Source of the DNA: the human T2T-CHM13v2.0 reference genome, Homo sapiens
DNA: 64,000 bases
NCBI RefSeq assembly: GCF_009914755.1
Contig: NC_060925.1
Reading direction: 5' to 3' (one strand)
Shown piece after piece: positions 14,820-35,301 of this stretch. Within the stretch, counting starts at the first letter, position 1. Every line of letters begins with the position of its first letter. The translations under genes were made by a program, and so were the position numbers. The notes below the pieces were generated by a model. It ran no database searches and was not told the DNA's origin. It saw only the letters and a list, made by a program, of their open reading frames with translations.

Positions 14820-14896
14820 CTTGCTTTAAAACAGCATCAGGCTTTGGTGCAGTGTCACTAGTAATTTCATGGACATCTTTTCTTGGAACTGAAGTA
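14820..14896 (-). CDS. ARID4B: ARID4B exon 10 (77 nt): TSVPRKDVHEITSDTAPKPDAVLKQ(A)
   Basis: atatag|T ... AAG|gtaagg, phase 2/1. Confidence 0.96.
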
Positions 14897-15088
14897 CTAT
14901 ATATTTTTTTTAATTATAAGAGAAGAAAAAAAACCCAAAATATGACTGAGATTAATTAAGAATCCAGATGATTACATATCACAGAAAGATACTGAAAATA
15001 TGGGAATGTTGACGTTTACAATAAAAGTGATTGCACACAGAGTAGCAAGTCAGAAATAACATACAAGACAGGATGTTAAAATACGTAA

Positions 15089-17812
<2,724 letters not shown>

Positions 17813-18119
17813 TTAAATACATTAGATATGGCAAATTTGCCTCAAATAACCAGCTATTATGTGGACAAGTGTTGACAAATTAGACAGTACTGAGTGTCTA
17901 GTTTGGAAAAGATTACCAAAATTAGTAAGGAAAAACATACTATAAGACTACAACACATTAAGATAATATGAAAAACAGTGACTCTTTGAAACATTCTGTA
18001 TGATGAAAAATAAAAGCCTAAGGTAATTGGAAATAACTAATTAATCATTTAACATCCTAATTCAAAATAACAGCATATATTTATAAACTGGTTTTTCAAA
18101 CCAAGTAAATTATACTTAC

Positions 18120-18199
18120 AATTTTCCATCTTTGAAAGATCGAACAAGAATATTGTCCTTTTTTACAGCAATCTCATCACTACAATCAGGACAAACCAC
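18120..18199 (-). CDS. ARID4B: ARID4B exon 9 (80 nt): VVCPDCSDEIAVKKDNILVRSFKDGK(F)
   Basis: cttaaaag|GTG ... TT|gtaagt, phase 0/2 (AAG acceptor). Confidence 0.96.
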
Positions 18200-18559
18200 C
18201 TTTTAAGAAAAAGGGTGAAGCTATTATAACTAAAAGAACTCATAGATAGGTAAGTACCCACCATTTAAATCCTTTTAAAAAGTGTAAGCTTGAAGTTTAA
18301 AAACTAATTTTAGTTTGAGGGTAAACAGGCACACACACACACGTGGGAGCACACACAAGCAATTTTAAATTGGCATCCTACATCCTTCCAGCTGCTGGAT
18401 AATCTAGAATTTTTGGCATAGGCAAGGCATTGAAAGCAGAAGCACAGCTATGACTAGGATGAAGCTGTGGACGAAGTTCTAGTCAGAAACAGAAAAAAGG
18501 TAGAGTTAGATCCTTAACTGAAGGGATACATCATGGCTAAGAAAAAAACAAGGGTCCAG

Positions 18560-19440
18560 AATTTCCAGAGCCTTGTAGGCCATATTAATTCTTAGGATAA
18601 AATCTAACATCTTTGTTGAAAGAATCTGAAACCAAAGAATGTCATAATAGATTTTCCTTTTAAAAATCTACTTTGGCTGCTATGAAGAAAATGGACCACG
18701 CAGAGGCAACTGTTCAAAGAAACTAAGCTACTGTGATCACCTGAGTGAGAGGTGGTGGCTTGGATGTAAAGTGGTGGCAATGGCAAATTAAAGGAATGAG
18801 AAATATCCAAGATAATTAGGGAAGTAGAAAGATGAACAATAAGAGGATGCTTAGTTTTCTGCCTTGTACAAATAGGCAGATGACAGAGTTATTCACTGTG
18901 AAAGAAAAACAACAAAAAAGGGCCAAGTTTGTGCATGAGGGAAGGGATAATAAGAGGAGTTTTGGGACTACTAAGTTTTAGGTGGCTAAAAGACATCCAA
19001 ATGAAGACAGTGAACAGAAAAATCAGGTCTGGAGCAAAGCGTAGAGGTCTGGACTCAAGGATATAAATTTGAGAGCCCACAGCCTAAATATTAGGGGTCT
19101 AAAACTTGGGGCTTGTGAGCCAAATCCACTCATTACTTTTCCCTGATGAGCGAAGGATTTCGAAAACTGCACATGTGATAGCTTTGGCCAGTGATGACAC
19201 TGGTGTATGAGTAAGTGGGCTCACTGTCCAGTTCTGCCACAGAACGACAATATGCATTTTATCCCATTCACCCATGTATGTTATTTTCTTGGTCACTTTA
19301 TCTCTTTGCTATCTCTGCAAGGTGAAGCTTTAAAAGGAGATGAGATCACCGTAAAGAAAATACAGCGATACATTCTGAATCCTGAATTACAGCTTGAAAG
19401 GGTGATTAGAAGAGGAGAACCTGGTGAAAAAAACTGAAAA
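18560..19440 (-). mobile_element. L2 relic with an inserted, unidentified hAT-like segment (about 19092-19318)
   Basis: L2-like tctggagc...gaggtctggact...gatataaatttgagag; the insert begins ggggtctaaaacttggggcttgtgagccaaatc, resembling a MER58/Charlie start. Confidence 0.55.
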
Positions 19441-20138
19441 GGAGAACTGCATGAGCCATGGAATCTAAGATTTCCCCCTCTTAAAATGAAATTGGAAAAT
19501 AAAAAATTGAGACTGAGAGTAAGTCTCAATTAGGATTAAACAATACTACTTATATTAATAAGCTCAGCACAGTCCTAGTCAGGGTAAATACTCAGTGCAT
19601 GGTAGTTATTTATAGTTCCTGGGACTATGTAGTTGTTTCCTTTTTCTTTTTCTTTTTTTTTTTTTGAGACAAGGTCTCACTCTGTGCAGTGGCGTGATCA
19701 CGACTCAATGCAGCCTCAACCTCCCAGGGTTCAATCGATCCTCCCACCTCAGTCTCCCAAGTAGCTGGGACTACAGGCACAGGCCACCCAGACCCAGTTA
19801 ACTGTTTTCTTATGATGTTACTAAAACACTTTGAATTTACTCGATTTATAAAAATAACATAAATTAGAAACACAAATACTATTTGTGCGATTATATCAAG
19901 ATTGGTCGATTTAGAACATAATTTTTCACTCTAGTTACCAAAAACTATCCATCACCGTCCAATGGATCTCAATTTTGGGAGGAGATAACATACATCAATA
20001 ATTCTAAGAATTTAAAAACAACAGTGAAATGGCTGACTAAACAGATTACTAACCTTTCAATATTAAAAATCCTTAGATTTTTCATTTTCGTCAAAGAAAC
20101 TTTTTAGTGATTATGGTGTGAGAAGCTTAAATTAATAA

Positions 20139-20901
<763 letters not shown>

Positions 20902-21871
20902 TAAAACATACTTTCAAAAGAAACTCACAAAGACTCCTAGTGCTTTAGAAAGAAAGAAAGAATCGCAAACACTGATGCTTTTTTTCAGCTTAATAATTAA
21001 CCCAAAGTGTGGCAACTAACTTAACCCTGCTAATACTCAGTTTCCTTATCTCTACATCGGGATAAATAATAATACCTATCTCATAATAGGTGTTAGCACA
21101 CTCCTTGTACATATAGGTATCCACTAAATGTTGGATACACAGGAAGGTACAAAGGTATTATAAAATATTTATATTTATTAAAACAAATAATTGTCCTCAT
21201 TTTTCACTATCATTACAAGAGCTGACATTTACTGCATATTTAATTTGTGCCGAACACTGAACTAAGCAGTGGAGATAAAGAAATAAGACATGTTGACTAA
21301 AAAGGGTAAATGGACATCACAAGTAGAAAACAGTAAAAACAAAGGTAGTTCTATTGTTTCTTTTTCATTTGAGACCATGGTTACCTAGTTTAGCACAAAA
21401 ACCACAAATATACAAAAGAGTTTATATATATTATGGACATAAGTTTTCATACAAATACATATAAACAAAGGACAGTGTTTTAATCCCATTTCTAAGTCTC
21501 TGCAATTGTTAGTCAATGAGCAGGAAAATGAGAGAATGAGAATAAAGAGTTAGCAGATTCTCAAGCACAAATTGTAGAGAAAAGTTTATTAATCATCACC
21601 GGGTGTGCTGGCTCATGCCTGTAATCCCAACATTTTGGGAGGCTGAGGCGGGCAGATCACCTGAGGTCAGGAGTTGGAGACCAGCCTGACCGACATGGAG
21701 AAACGCTGTCTCTACTAAAAATACAAAATTAGCCGGGCATGGTGGCTTGTCATACCAGCTACTCGGGAGGCTGAGGCAGGAGGATCACTTGAACCTGGGA
21801 GGCGGAGTTGCAGTGAGCCGAGATCGCACCATTGCACTCCAGCCTGGGCAACAAGGGCGAAACTCCATCTC

Positions 21872-21908
<37 letters not shown>

Positions 21909-24040
21909 GAAAGTTTATTAATCATGAGAACAAAAAACCTCTACACCACTAAATGAGTCTATCTTTGTTAAATATTTTGAACAGAACTTGGTATATGATA
22001 AATGCATACCTAACAAATATGTGTTAATCTTGAGAACACAAAAATTTTATTGAATGTCATTAACATAAGGGAAAAAAGCATTAGAGGAGAATTTGGCTAA
22101 TTATTTTTAGTAAGGGAGTGAGAACATACAAAACAGAGACAGAGAATAATTTTGACCCATTCTGTCTCTCGATATTTGAGAACAAATTAGTTGTCAAACG
22201 TGAGAATAGTACTTTCAAAGTGTCTTTTGTTTATCAGCGGATCTTCAGTTTATAGCTTATTAAATATGAAGTGAGGGGAGGACATATTTGTAAAAGATGT
22301 GGGCTGGGCTCAGTAGCCCCCACCTGTAATCCCAGCACTCTGGGAAGCCAAGGTGGGAAGGTCACTTGAATCCAGGAGTTTAAGACTAGCCTGGGCAGCA
22401 TAGGGAGACCTCGTATTTACAAAGTATTTAAAAATTAGCCAGATGTGGTGGTCTCCACCTGTAGTGTGAGCTACTCAGGAGGCTGAGGTGGGAGAATTGT
22501 TGAGCCCAGGAGGTCAAGGCTGCAGCGAGTCAGGATCACACCACTGCACTCTAACCTGGGTAACGGAGTAAGCCTCTGTCTCCGGGGAAAAAAAAAAAAA
22601 GTGGATCTCACTGTTTGATGCAAATGACTCAATGGTCTTCAGATAAAATCATCATAGGACAATTCAGACATATCAAAATTTTAAAGAGTTCAAGATAATT
22701 CTTTTTTTTTCTTCTTTTTTTTTTTTTTGAGAGGGAATCTTGCTCTGTCGCCCACACTGGAGTGCAGTGGCGCGATCTTGGCTCACTGCAACCTCCGCCT
22801 CCTGGGTTCAAGCTATTCTCCTGCCTAGCTGGGATTACAGGCATGTGCCACCACAGCCAGCTAATTTTTTTGTATTTTTAGTAGAGACGGGGTTTTGCCC
22901 TGTTGGCCAGGCTGGTCTCGAACTCCTGACCTCAGGGGATTTGCCCACCTCGGCCTCCCAAAGTGCTAGGATTACAGGTGTGAGCCACCACACCCCAGCC
23001 AAGATAATTCTTAAGAGATACTGATTATTAACTTCAGTCTCCTACTTGAAATTTAAAACCTTAAGTGATTTATCCAATTATATGCTGTCCAGAAAAAAAT
23101 GCATTCTTATTGCCACAGAGTTAAATCTTCATTAAAGTATCATATATAGCTAATTATTAGTTGAACCTCTATTTGCTTTAAGAGCTACAAATTATTTTGT
23201 CTACCAAAAGATTATTTGAAAAGCAGCCTAGTTATGTCCGTGAAAGATATTAGTATATGTTCCCTTTCTAAAAGTCAAAGAAAATGGTCTATACATGGCC
23301 CTTTCAACTTGCTAAAGAAGCTAGTGGTTACGAAAAACAGAGAGATAAAAAGCTCAAAAGGCTTTCTGTCATGTCTTAACAGTTTGAAATACAAGAACTT
23401 GGGACAATCATGAGGATACTCCTGATAATAAATCTTGAGTACCTCCTCAGAATCACAAAAAGGCAACGTGAGAAAACAAGGAAAAAATGCAAAATATTCA
23501 ACCTGGAATCTAAGGAATTGCAATCTTTTGGAGAGAAAAACATTAAAAAGTAGGTAGAATTAACAATCTACTGTAGAGAAAATTGAAGAGTGGGGTAATG
23601 TATAATTGCAGTCATGATTATATAGGGAGTACCTAAAAGGCAAGATTAAGATCAAGGATGGAAACACCCTGATTCACTAAGTATGAGGAAAAGGTCTAGT
23701 TATCCCTGTCAACCAAGAAAGATTCTGTTGTTCTTTTGCAATCTAGACCTACATGGACTTAGGAGCTTTAAAAGTTTGCATCATGAATTTTCTACCGAGA
23801 GAGAGAGAATTCAACTTCCACATAGCTAAACCTCTAAGATTATCAAGATTTTGCCTTTCCTGAATGACATCAAGAGTTCTTTGTATTCAAAGACAACGTT
23901 GAAAGTAAGCTTAGTGTGAACTAAATAATGCTAAAAACATTTCCTCATTTTGTACCTATGAAAAACATTAGTAAGAAAATTGTTTTCTTCATAAACTTAT
24001 AAAGTTTGAAATTAAACTCTTGTATACTGAAGCTACTCAC

Positions 24041-24179
24041 CAATGCAGGAAACCACAGTGCTTTCTTTTTATCCAAACTAATGTAATCTACACATACAAC
24101 TTTGCCTAGTAGCTCATCAATCTGTTTCCTATCATCCTCATCTTCATCACTGGAGGATGATGAAGACTCTTCCTCTGGT
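24041..24179 (-). CDS. ARID4B: ARID4B exon 8 (139 nt): PEEESSSSSSDEDEDDRKQIDELLGKVVCVDYISLDKKKALWFPAL (start of RBB1NT/PWWP-like domain)
   Basis: ccctag|A ... TTG|gtgagt, phase 2/0; lies within ORF 23945..24367(-). Confidence 0.97.
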
Positions 24180-25251
24180 CTAGGGAGAGAAAAAAATAAA
24201 ATATTTCCATTTATCCTCACAAAGAATAAGCATGCCAATGATGAATATAGGTATTCCCAAACTCTTATTACATTTCCTAAGACCTGTAAAATGGCTAATT
24301 TAAATCTTAAATCATTTTCTAAATTTCTAAAAAATAACAGCAAGAGTTTATCATGAGAGGAAAGCACATCATTTTCCCAAAAATATTTCTGGTTTATTTA
24401 GTGCTACTGTAAAAAATTGAGGAGGAAGATCAGGACAAATAACTGGTTCCCAAATCCTCAAAAAGGTGAAGGCCCCATATTAAACATCCCAGTATTACAC
24501 TAAAATATACACAATCCCAATCTCAAATTAAAGGAATTCTGGAGACAGTAATTCTATATCTCCAGTACAAAGTTAATTTTAAAAGGTAGGAGAGCAGACC
24601 TTTATTAACTGAGGTTAGGTTGGGAAGAGGAGGCAATCTGAAAAGAGATCACCACTGCTATCCATAACAACAAATACACACCAATTAGGTATTCATAAAA
24701 TGTCCAATAAGCCTCTTTTGTATGATGCTAAAAACTTTCAAAATTAAAAGAAAAACAGAAAATCCTTTCAGTAACATTAAATATTGGACTAGTAAATTAG
24801 AAAGATAACTGTCAGAAGAAAAAGGAAGTATCTGAAACCATCAACTTGATGTTTGAGGAAAGTGTAGTAAAAAGGAAAACAAAACAAAAAGCTATTCCAA
24901 TTTGAATCTGATTCTAATAAAGAATCAGCACCAAAGAAAATGCCCAGAATGAGTAAAGACTAGGAAATGTTTGATGGACAACAACATATGTCCTTTTTAG
25001 AATGGCTATTATTGAATACCTACAAAGATAAAAGTGTTTTTCAGATAGTTTGCAATGATCAGTTTCACTGCCCAAAAAAGGAAAACTGACAGATTAAACT
25101 ACTAAAAAACTTTAAACATGATTTACCTATTTAGTATACTATCTAGTATACTCTGAAGTTGTCTTTGATGCCTTTCCAAAAGTATGACAAAGTAACCGTC
25201 ATGCCTTTATATTTATATATTCCAATATAAATGTAAACAAAGTGAAAACTA

Positions 25252-26023
<772 letters not shown>

Positions 26024-26499
26024 TCAATCTCTACTTAGAAAGTAGGTAACAATAAGAAAACTCAACCACCTTTACATTAGTGGAGAATAAGACCCTACAC
26101 ATAGACACACAGCTTGGGACAGTAACGACAGTCCTCACAAGTCTGATTTCTACTTGATTTACAAGAGCTTAAGAGTAGTGACTTTTTTTACTGTCTAATG
26201 ACTACAGGATACAACCAAGCTTAAAATCATAATTACTGCTTTCTCAAAGTAGCCACAGAAGACTCATTCAGCTAGGGGTTTATGAACACTCTATTATCAG
26301 TAGCAGCTAGAAAGCTACAATGTCAGAGATAACACATATCAAAATCTGTACAACATAGAGAAAATTGGGCTTTATTTGACTAACAAAATTATCTGCATCA
26401 TTGTAAAAATTGTAACTTTTCTTAAGACTTAACAAGTGTTAAGACTTCAGATTTCACAGTATATCAAAAAGAAAAACAAAACACCTTTGTTCAGCTAGC

Positions 26500-26895
26500 T
26501 GAAACATCTATCCACCTTACATATAAAATTGCAAGGTTCCTGTCTAAAATCATCTCCATTTTTAGACTAGATGCCCCTTCCCCCTCACCTACTCAAGACT
26601 TTGTTCCACCTTATTCAAATTTACAGTCCCTGCCCATCTACCTCTTTTCATTTTGCTCTTCATTTCCACAGCATTCACTTTTATCATACTATATAATTTA
26701 CTTATTTCTTATGTTTATTCTTTTTTTTCACACCAAGTATGTGAATCCAATGTTTAATTCGCTATCTCCTCCCCTGAGAGAATGTAAGCTCTCAAGTTGA
26801 AGATTTTTTAAGTAATTTTTTTTTGTTTATTGATATATCTCAAGTACCTGAACAATGCTTGGCACAGTATAGATGCTAAATAAATACTTGTTCAT
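26500..26895 (+). mobile_element. L2 3' end
   Basis: gagaatgtaagctc...acaatgcttggcacagtatagatgctaaataaatacttgtt is a typical L2 terminus. Confidence 0.75.
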
Positions 26896-28399
26896 AAAAT
26901 AAAAAAGATGCATTTATTTTTTTATTATGGTATTTCTGATTTTTATTCTAAAATCACAAAATGTATACATCAGTGTAAACCATACTATTACACATGAAGC
27001 TCCTTAACTTTTCCTTTTAGAGGAGCTTAGCCAGAAAACTGTTTACACAGGTACTCAATAAACTAATGAACTAAAATTAATGAGCATCCAAAATATTTTA
27101 CAGGAGCAAAGACAGAGCAAGCAGAGAGCCTGCTTGATTTTTATTCATTTCTGACATTGTTATTTCTTTGGTGGCAAGGTATTTGTAGAGCCACAACAAA
27201 ATAATGCGCTGTCTCTATGAAATAAAATCTGATGATGTCACTAGAAAGAAAGCTAATTACATGGAAATTTTTACCATAATACTCTAACAGCCAATCACTT
27301 AAAGCTGATCACACTTCACTATTAACTCTAATTAGTTGTAAATCAAGAAAGACGAACTTTAGACAAGATATGGGCCAAGGAATACCAAATAATGATACAA
27401 ATTGAGCTAGAAACAAGAGGCTCAACCTTTGACATGCAATTCTGATTATTTTTTATTTTAGGCAAATCAGTTTACTCAGTTTCAAACTTTGTAAATTGAA
27501 ATGTTCTATTAGTATCTGGAAGACTGACAACGTATACATACCTTCTTAGAAACACACAGAACCTATGTACGCTTAACTATAAAAGGGTTTTAATTTTTTT
27601 CTCAATTTTTATCAAGGAGGAAATGAATCAAATTCTCATATTAAAATAAAGCGGCAAAATAAAAAGATCTTCTGGAATTAGTGATGATAGTTACACAATT
27701 TTATGAATATACTAAAAACCACTAAACTGTACACTTTAAAAGGGTGAAGTATTGGATACAAATCTACAGATTAAAATATATGAGTAAATTTTATGATACA
27801 TGAATTATACACTAATTTAAAAATGTGTTCAGATCTGCAGGCCTGTATTTAAATAGCAAGTATAAACCAGGTATTGGGTAAATCTTAGCACTGTTACTGG
27901 GTAAAATCCATACTCATAAATAATCCCTTGTTAACAAGATTCATTGTAAACCTTATGCTTTATCTTTTTTCTGAAGGGGAAAAATATAACAGCAAATAGA
28001 CTGCTTTCCTATTGTAGCAGTTGCACATAAACTTTTGCCAGATTATGGGAAAACAACTTCAAGAGGAGAGGGACAAACAAGTATTTCCATAATTTCAGGT
28101 ATTCTATTCTTCTGGATGACTTAAACACAATCGCTGCAAACAATGGGTAAGTTATAAGGAGAAAATTCAATCCAGTAATACATTGATTAAAAGAATCAAT
28201 AACTTGCTTTAAAAAAAATTTAGCTAGAGGATGATAATCATTAAAAAAAGAAAATACTTGAACTTACTAGGATTAAAGGTAGAATATACTGAAACTCAAT
28301 TTAATGGAAGATGTTAAAAGTAATCAATTTTGGAATAACTAGGGGTAGATTAACTGATACGTGGAATAACAGCTGCTAAAAGAAAACAAATTTGGTGAT

Positions 28400-28850
28400 A
28401 CATCACTCCAACAACGAAGTCCTGGGAATCCTAAGAAGAGATAACTTTACATATCTTTGTACAAAAATACATTTTAAATGGCAATCTGAGATCACAGCAA
28501 AGACTTTTTTCAATGGAGTAATGGAAGAGGAAATGAAGGTCAGATGAATGCCCTTAAGATCTAGGTTTAAGACTTTGTTGCAGAAAATCACTTTGAAGAA
28601 AGGGGAGAAAGAACTTTGAGGAAATGTAATCAAGGAGATGGGCATTTCAAACTGTAGTACTTGCCTGTAATGCTTACACACCAAGGCTTAAAACGCCAAG
28701 CAAGAGTAACATTGTCAGGTTCCTTGGCAGTGAGAATGACCAACCGTGGTAGAGAAGGGCAAGGAAGAGCAAGCAAAACAAGATTACAGATGGAGCAGGT
28801 CTTCATTCCTACACTAGTAATCTTCAACCTTTTGTCTGCATTCATACTTT
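28400..28850 (-). mobile_element. Degenerate L2 ORF2 (RT-region) fossil
   Basis: Minus-strand cccatctccttg (PISL) followed by cattactccattgaaa resembles the L2 NYRPISLL...HHSTE region. Confidence 0.5.
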
Positions 28851-29459
28851 ACACATGTATAACACAATCTCAACAGCAAATCTCTCATTACACATAGAGA
28901 TTCTCAACAGGAAAACCACTAACTTAGAATGTTTGCTGGAGTCTTTAGAAAGCAAAGATCAACTTATTCAGCAACAAATGCGTGCTTTATTCTCATATTC
29001 ACAAAACGGACGCCTCAACTAAGAAACATCTAACAGTTGGGGAACGACAGAAGAGGAAATAAAAAATAACTGACTTTTTAACAGATCATAATTTTTAGTC
29101 ACATTTGCAGGTCAATATTACGTGATATTGCACAATAAATTCATTTTTAAATTTATTTTTACACTTTAGGATGATGTGTATAAAATCGTAAAAATATGTC
29201 TAAATACTAGATGCAATCTTCTAAAAATTAAAAAAACTTATTGACAAATAAGAGACTATTTTTCCTATAATATATATAAAAACGTAGAAATTTTTTAAAG
29301 TTCGAATAATTCAGCAAGAACCAGTCCTAATTGTCAGACATAAACACCAGGAAGCAGAATTTTTATATATACATGTAAACACATTTTCATATATAAATGA
29401 AACTGTTACATACTGGTATTTCATCATGAAATTTTTCATGTCAGTATATGATGTTGATT

Positions 29460-29680
29460 ATCTAGTACTTATGTAACATTTACTCTATAAACACTTAAAG
29501 GATATGAATTCACTTAATTTTCACAACAACACTAAGAGATAGGTAATATTATTATCCAAATTTTATAGATAGGAAGTGAGGTATGAAAAGATTAAGTAAC
29601 CATCCCAAGATCACACAGCAAGGAAGTGGCAGAGCCAGGATTCAAACCCAGACCAACTGGCTCCACAGTTCATACTATGC
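29460..29680 (-). mobile_element. MIR
   Basis: attttatagatagg...aagatcacacagc...ggcagagccaggattcaaacccag. Confidence 0.85.
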
Positions 29681-30147
29681 CAGAGAATTGGGTTTACAGG
29701 GGAGAGAAACATCTCTGGTTTCAAGGAAAGTGTGGGGAGACACAAAATGGTTCACATAAAGGTTTAAGCATTTTTGTTGAGAATTAAGGCATGGACAAGA
29801 CAGTTACCAGGAAGGGAGGCATGGAGACCAAAAATAATAGCATGAATAAAAGCATGATATTAGAAAACAAGCGATGTATTCAGGAATTATTGACTGGTTT
29901 CATTTTGACTACAGCATCAAGATAACATGCAGGGAGAAATTGAAGGCAGATACAGCTGTTAAGTAAGGTTGGCTGAGCATGGAGAACCTCAATCACCCAT
30001 GCTGAGGAGTCTGAAATTACTATTAGATCCGAAATTACTATTAGATCTGGTTAGCATTTTGCAAATTACAATTTTAAAATAACTATAAACAATACTAGAA
30101 GGAGAAATGAATTCAGGTTCAACTAACAGTCATGAAAATGGACTTAC

Positions 30148-30239
30148 ATATGATTAGATCTTCTTCCTCTATTTGTTTTCTTTCCTATGACTGGAGTGCC
30201 AAAATGCTCAGGGTTGGTGAGTGGGAGCTGGTCTAATGT
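30148..30239 (-). CDS. ARID4B: ARID4B exon 7 (92 nt): [30 protein letters not shown](I)
   Basis: ccacag|ACA ... AT|gtaagt, phase 0/2. Confidence 0.97.
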
Positions 30240-31430
30240 CTGTGGGTAAGAACATAAACCCATCAAAAAATTAACACTTTGCAAGTGCCTTCTTTGTTTT
30301 AAACCAAATCAATTTAAGAATATGCTCAGATTTTGAGATTAAACTCTCCCCCCAGGGAAGCTAAAACACAGCTTTCCTAAAGATAGAAAATTCTAGTTTC
30401 AAAGATATTAGAATAAAGATGAATGAGCTCATTACTGGAAAAAAAAAGTGAAAAGAAATTTGGCTGCTCTCTCTAGATGATTCATTACCTATGTGAAGGT
30501 TGATAGGCATCTAAGAATGATTAAAATACAAAACAAACACAGCTCAGTGGAAAGACAAATGTGAGAATTAAGAAATCTATTTGTAAGGTTAGGGCCAACT
30601 GCAGCTCCAATATTAATTTGTACATGGGGAATCATAATCCATAAAATAAAATTATTAATAAGAAACAAAATTAATTATGAAGATAAAGCATCAATCGCAC
30701 GAACAAAAAGCCTCGGAGTAAGTTATATTACTACTCTGCAAACATTTTCTGCAATAAACCTTTTTTAATAAAATGTAACATTAATTTAATTTTTTAAATT
30801 ACATTTAATTTCTACATTTGATTTTTTTCCTTTCCTACGTTTTCTTAAGATTTTCCACAGTTTCTGTTCCTTTCCTCATCCTAAGAAGAATCTTTCCTGT
30901 TATAAATAATTTCACAAACATCAGAGCAACTAGAGATTTCCAAGAAAACTGCCCAGATGAAAATAAAAGTGAGGAACTATTTAAGACAGAGACTTCTTAA
31001 AGATACAAACCAGGGTGGTATAAGAAAGAGTATCCATGAACTTAGAATTAAAGAGCAGGCATCTAAACTAATGTAATATGTAAAAAGAAATGTTATATAA
31101 CTTTTTTAAAATTGAGACAATTTTGTTATAACTACAATGAACAAAACTGTGAAAAGATGAACCATATTAACACTTTTTTACATAATTCATTAGAATATAT
31201 GTAAATGTGTTTAAGGTACATAGATGTATGTATCTAACAACGAACAGTATGATCAAGAAAAAAGGTACTAGCCATAAAGGATTAACTAAAGATTGATTCC
31301 TTCAAAAGACTGACAAAAATCATAGCTTTCACAACTCTCATAGGGCAAAAAATCTAATCTTTCAAATTTAGTTTGTACAGAACCTAACCCTGTCCTAATG
31401 AACCTTAAATCAGGCATTTAAAAAATATTA

Positions 31431-33085
<1,655 letters not shown>

Positions 33086-33241
33086 TCAGATGATGAATCT
33101 ACTTTTGTATAATACTCAAAGTATGAATGGTCTTTAGAAATACCTAAACTGTCCTACAGATGTTAGGCAGCAGGTAACATACTCATTAAGCTGGTTATGG
33201 CTAAAACCAGTGGCTTCAGTGTTGGAATTTAAACTGACTGA

Positions 33242-33930
<689 letters not shown>

Positions 33931-34214
33931 TTATGAGATGGGATTAATTTCAGTAGTTTATTAAATGGGATTAGTGACCCAAAATACTGGCAGTATGAAG
34001 CAGCTTTCCTCTTAAAGGACAATGTTATGGACTACTACTACTACTAATACTCTGAATGGTCTTTCAAAAACGTTAAAACTTTTAAAACAATATGAAAAAT
34101 ACCAAATAAAGAGAAAAGAACATACAGATGGTAGATTAAATTCCCCTATTGGGTGCACTCTGGACCACATCTTCACAGGGCTTAATATACTCAAATTTTA
34201 AAATATGTTTGATT

Positions 34215-34358
34215 GTTTGATTAATGCTTTTTCTCCTCCAACGGAGAGTAAGTATCCAAGGATAAGTTCCATGTTTACATGGCTTGGTTTGATTAATGCT
34301 TTTTCTCCTCCAACAGGGAGTAAGTACCCAAAGATAAGTTCCATGTTTACATGGGTTG
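34215..34358. repeat. 72-bp tandem duplication (2 copies, 5 mismatches) in an L2-like 3' end
   Basis: gtttgattaatgc... starts at 34215 and 34287. Confidence 0.95.
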
Positions 34359-35301
34359 GCTTAACCTTTGTCCCGGTACCTAGCACTACACAGCTCCGGG
34401 CACATGGGAAGGGAATTGAAGAATCACACACCAGTATTCTAATTTCCTTCTAGCAAAACATAAATTAGAAGTACACACCTGCACAGACACACTAAAACTG
34501 AACCTCCTTGAAGATATGAAGGATACATAGCCACTTGTTCATATTACCTTCAGCATTTAACTTACAACTGTCTTATGAACCATTCCAACTGAAAATTCTC
34601 CTGGTTAAAAAAAATAATATTTTGGCTATTTCTCTAGACTAAAAAAATAAAATGCAGACCTTCACTTAACAGGAGAAAAACCATGTCTTCAAGTCCTCAT
34701 ACTCACTGACTGTACGGAAATGAAATTAAAATAATTCCACGAACTCAGGGAGAATTCTGTACTTTATCACTATACTTGCCCCAAAGCTGTCTGTATTTAT
34801 TGTATGTAAACCTTCAGTTTATTCCACACATATTTATTGAAGGCTTTTGTGTAGAAATTGCTAGGAAAAGGGGGGCCTATCAAGTGAGGAAAGAAAGGAT
34901 ATTCCCCTAAAACAGCTTAAAATCTTACAGCAAAAATGAGAAAAGTTAAAAAAAAAAAAAGGTCCTAAAACAAGAATAAGCAAGAGAAGTGCAAAACGAC
35001 CAATTTGGGTAGAGAGCTCACGAAAGACATAGAGGAGGAAGCATTTATAATGGCCTTCAACATAAGTGAGATTCCAACAAGAGGAAAGGAGTCAATAAAG
35101 GAAAGTATGGACCATAGTCTGAAAATACCAAGCAGTCTAATAAGGCAGAAGTACAGGGAAGTGGTTGAATATGAGACTAAAGGGATAGGCTGGAATTATA
35201 ATACAGAGAACCTGTCCAAATTCTAAATTTAAGTGGGAATTCAATCATTAAGAGAAGCAAAAATTTTTCAAAACAAAAACATAAAGTCTAATAGGTTAAT
35301 A

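Noticed and set aside
19143-19240. Hammerhead-like core CTGATGA...CGAAA on + with a possible stem III partner cagttc
   Set aside because: Stem II is out of register and stem I cannot form (ttcc versus tgcc); it is also antisense to the gene
28403-28897. Overlapping non-Alu ORFs suggesting a processed pseudogene
   Set aside because: No recognisable protein, poly(A) or TSD; better explained as a decayed L2 ORF2
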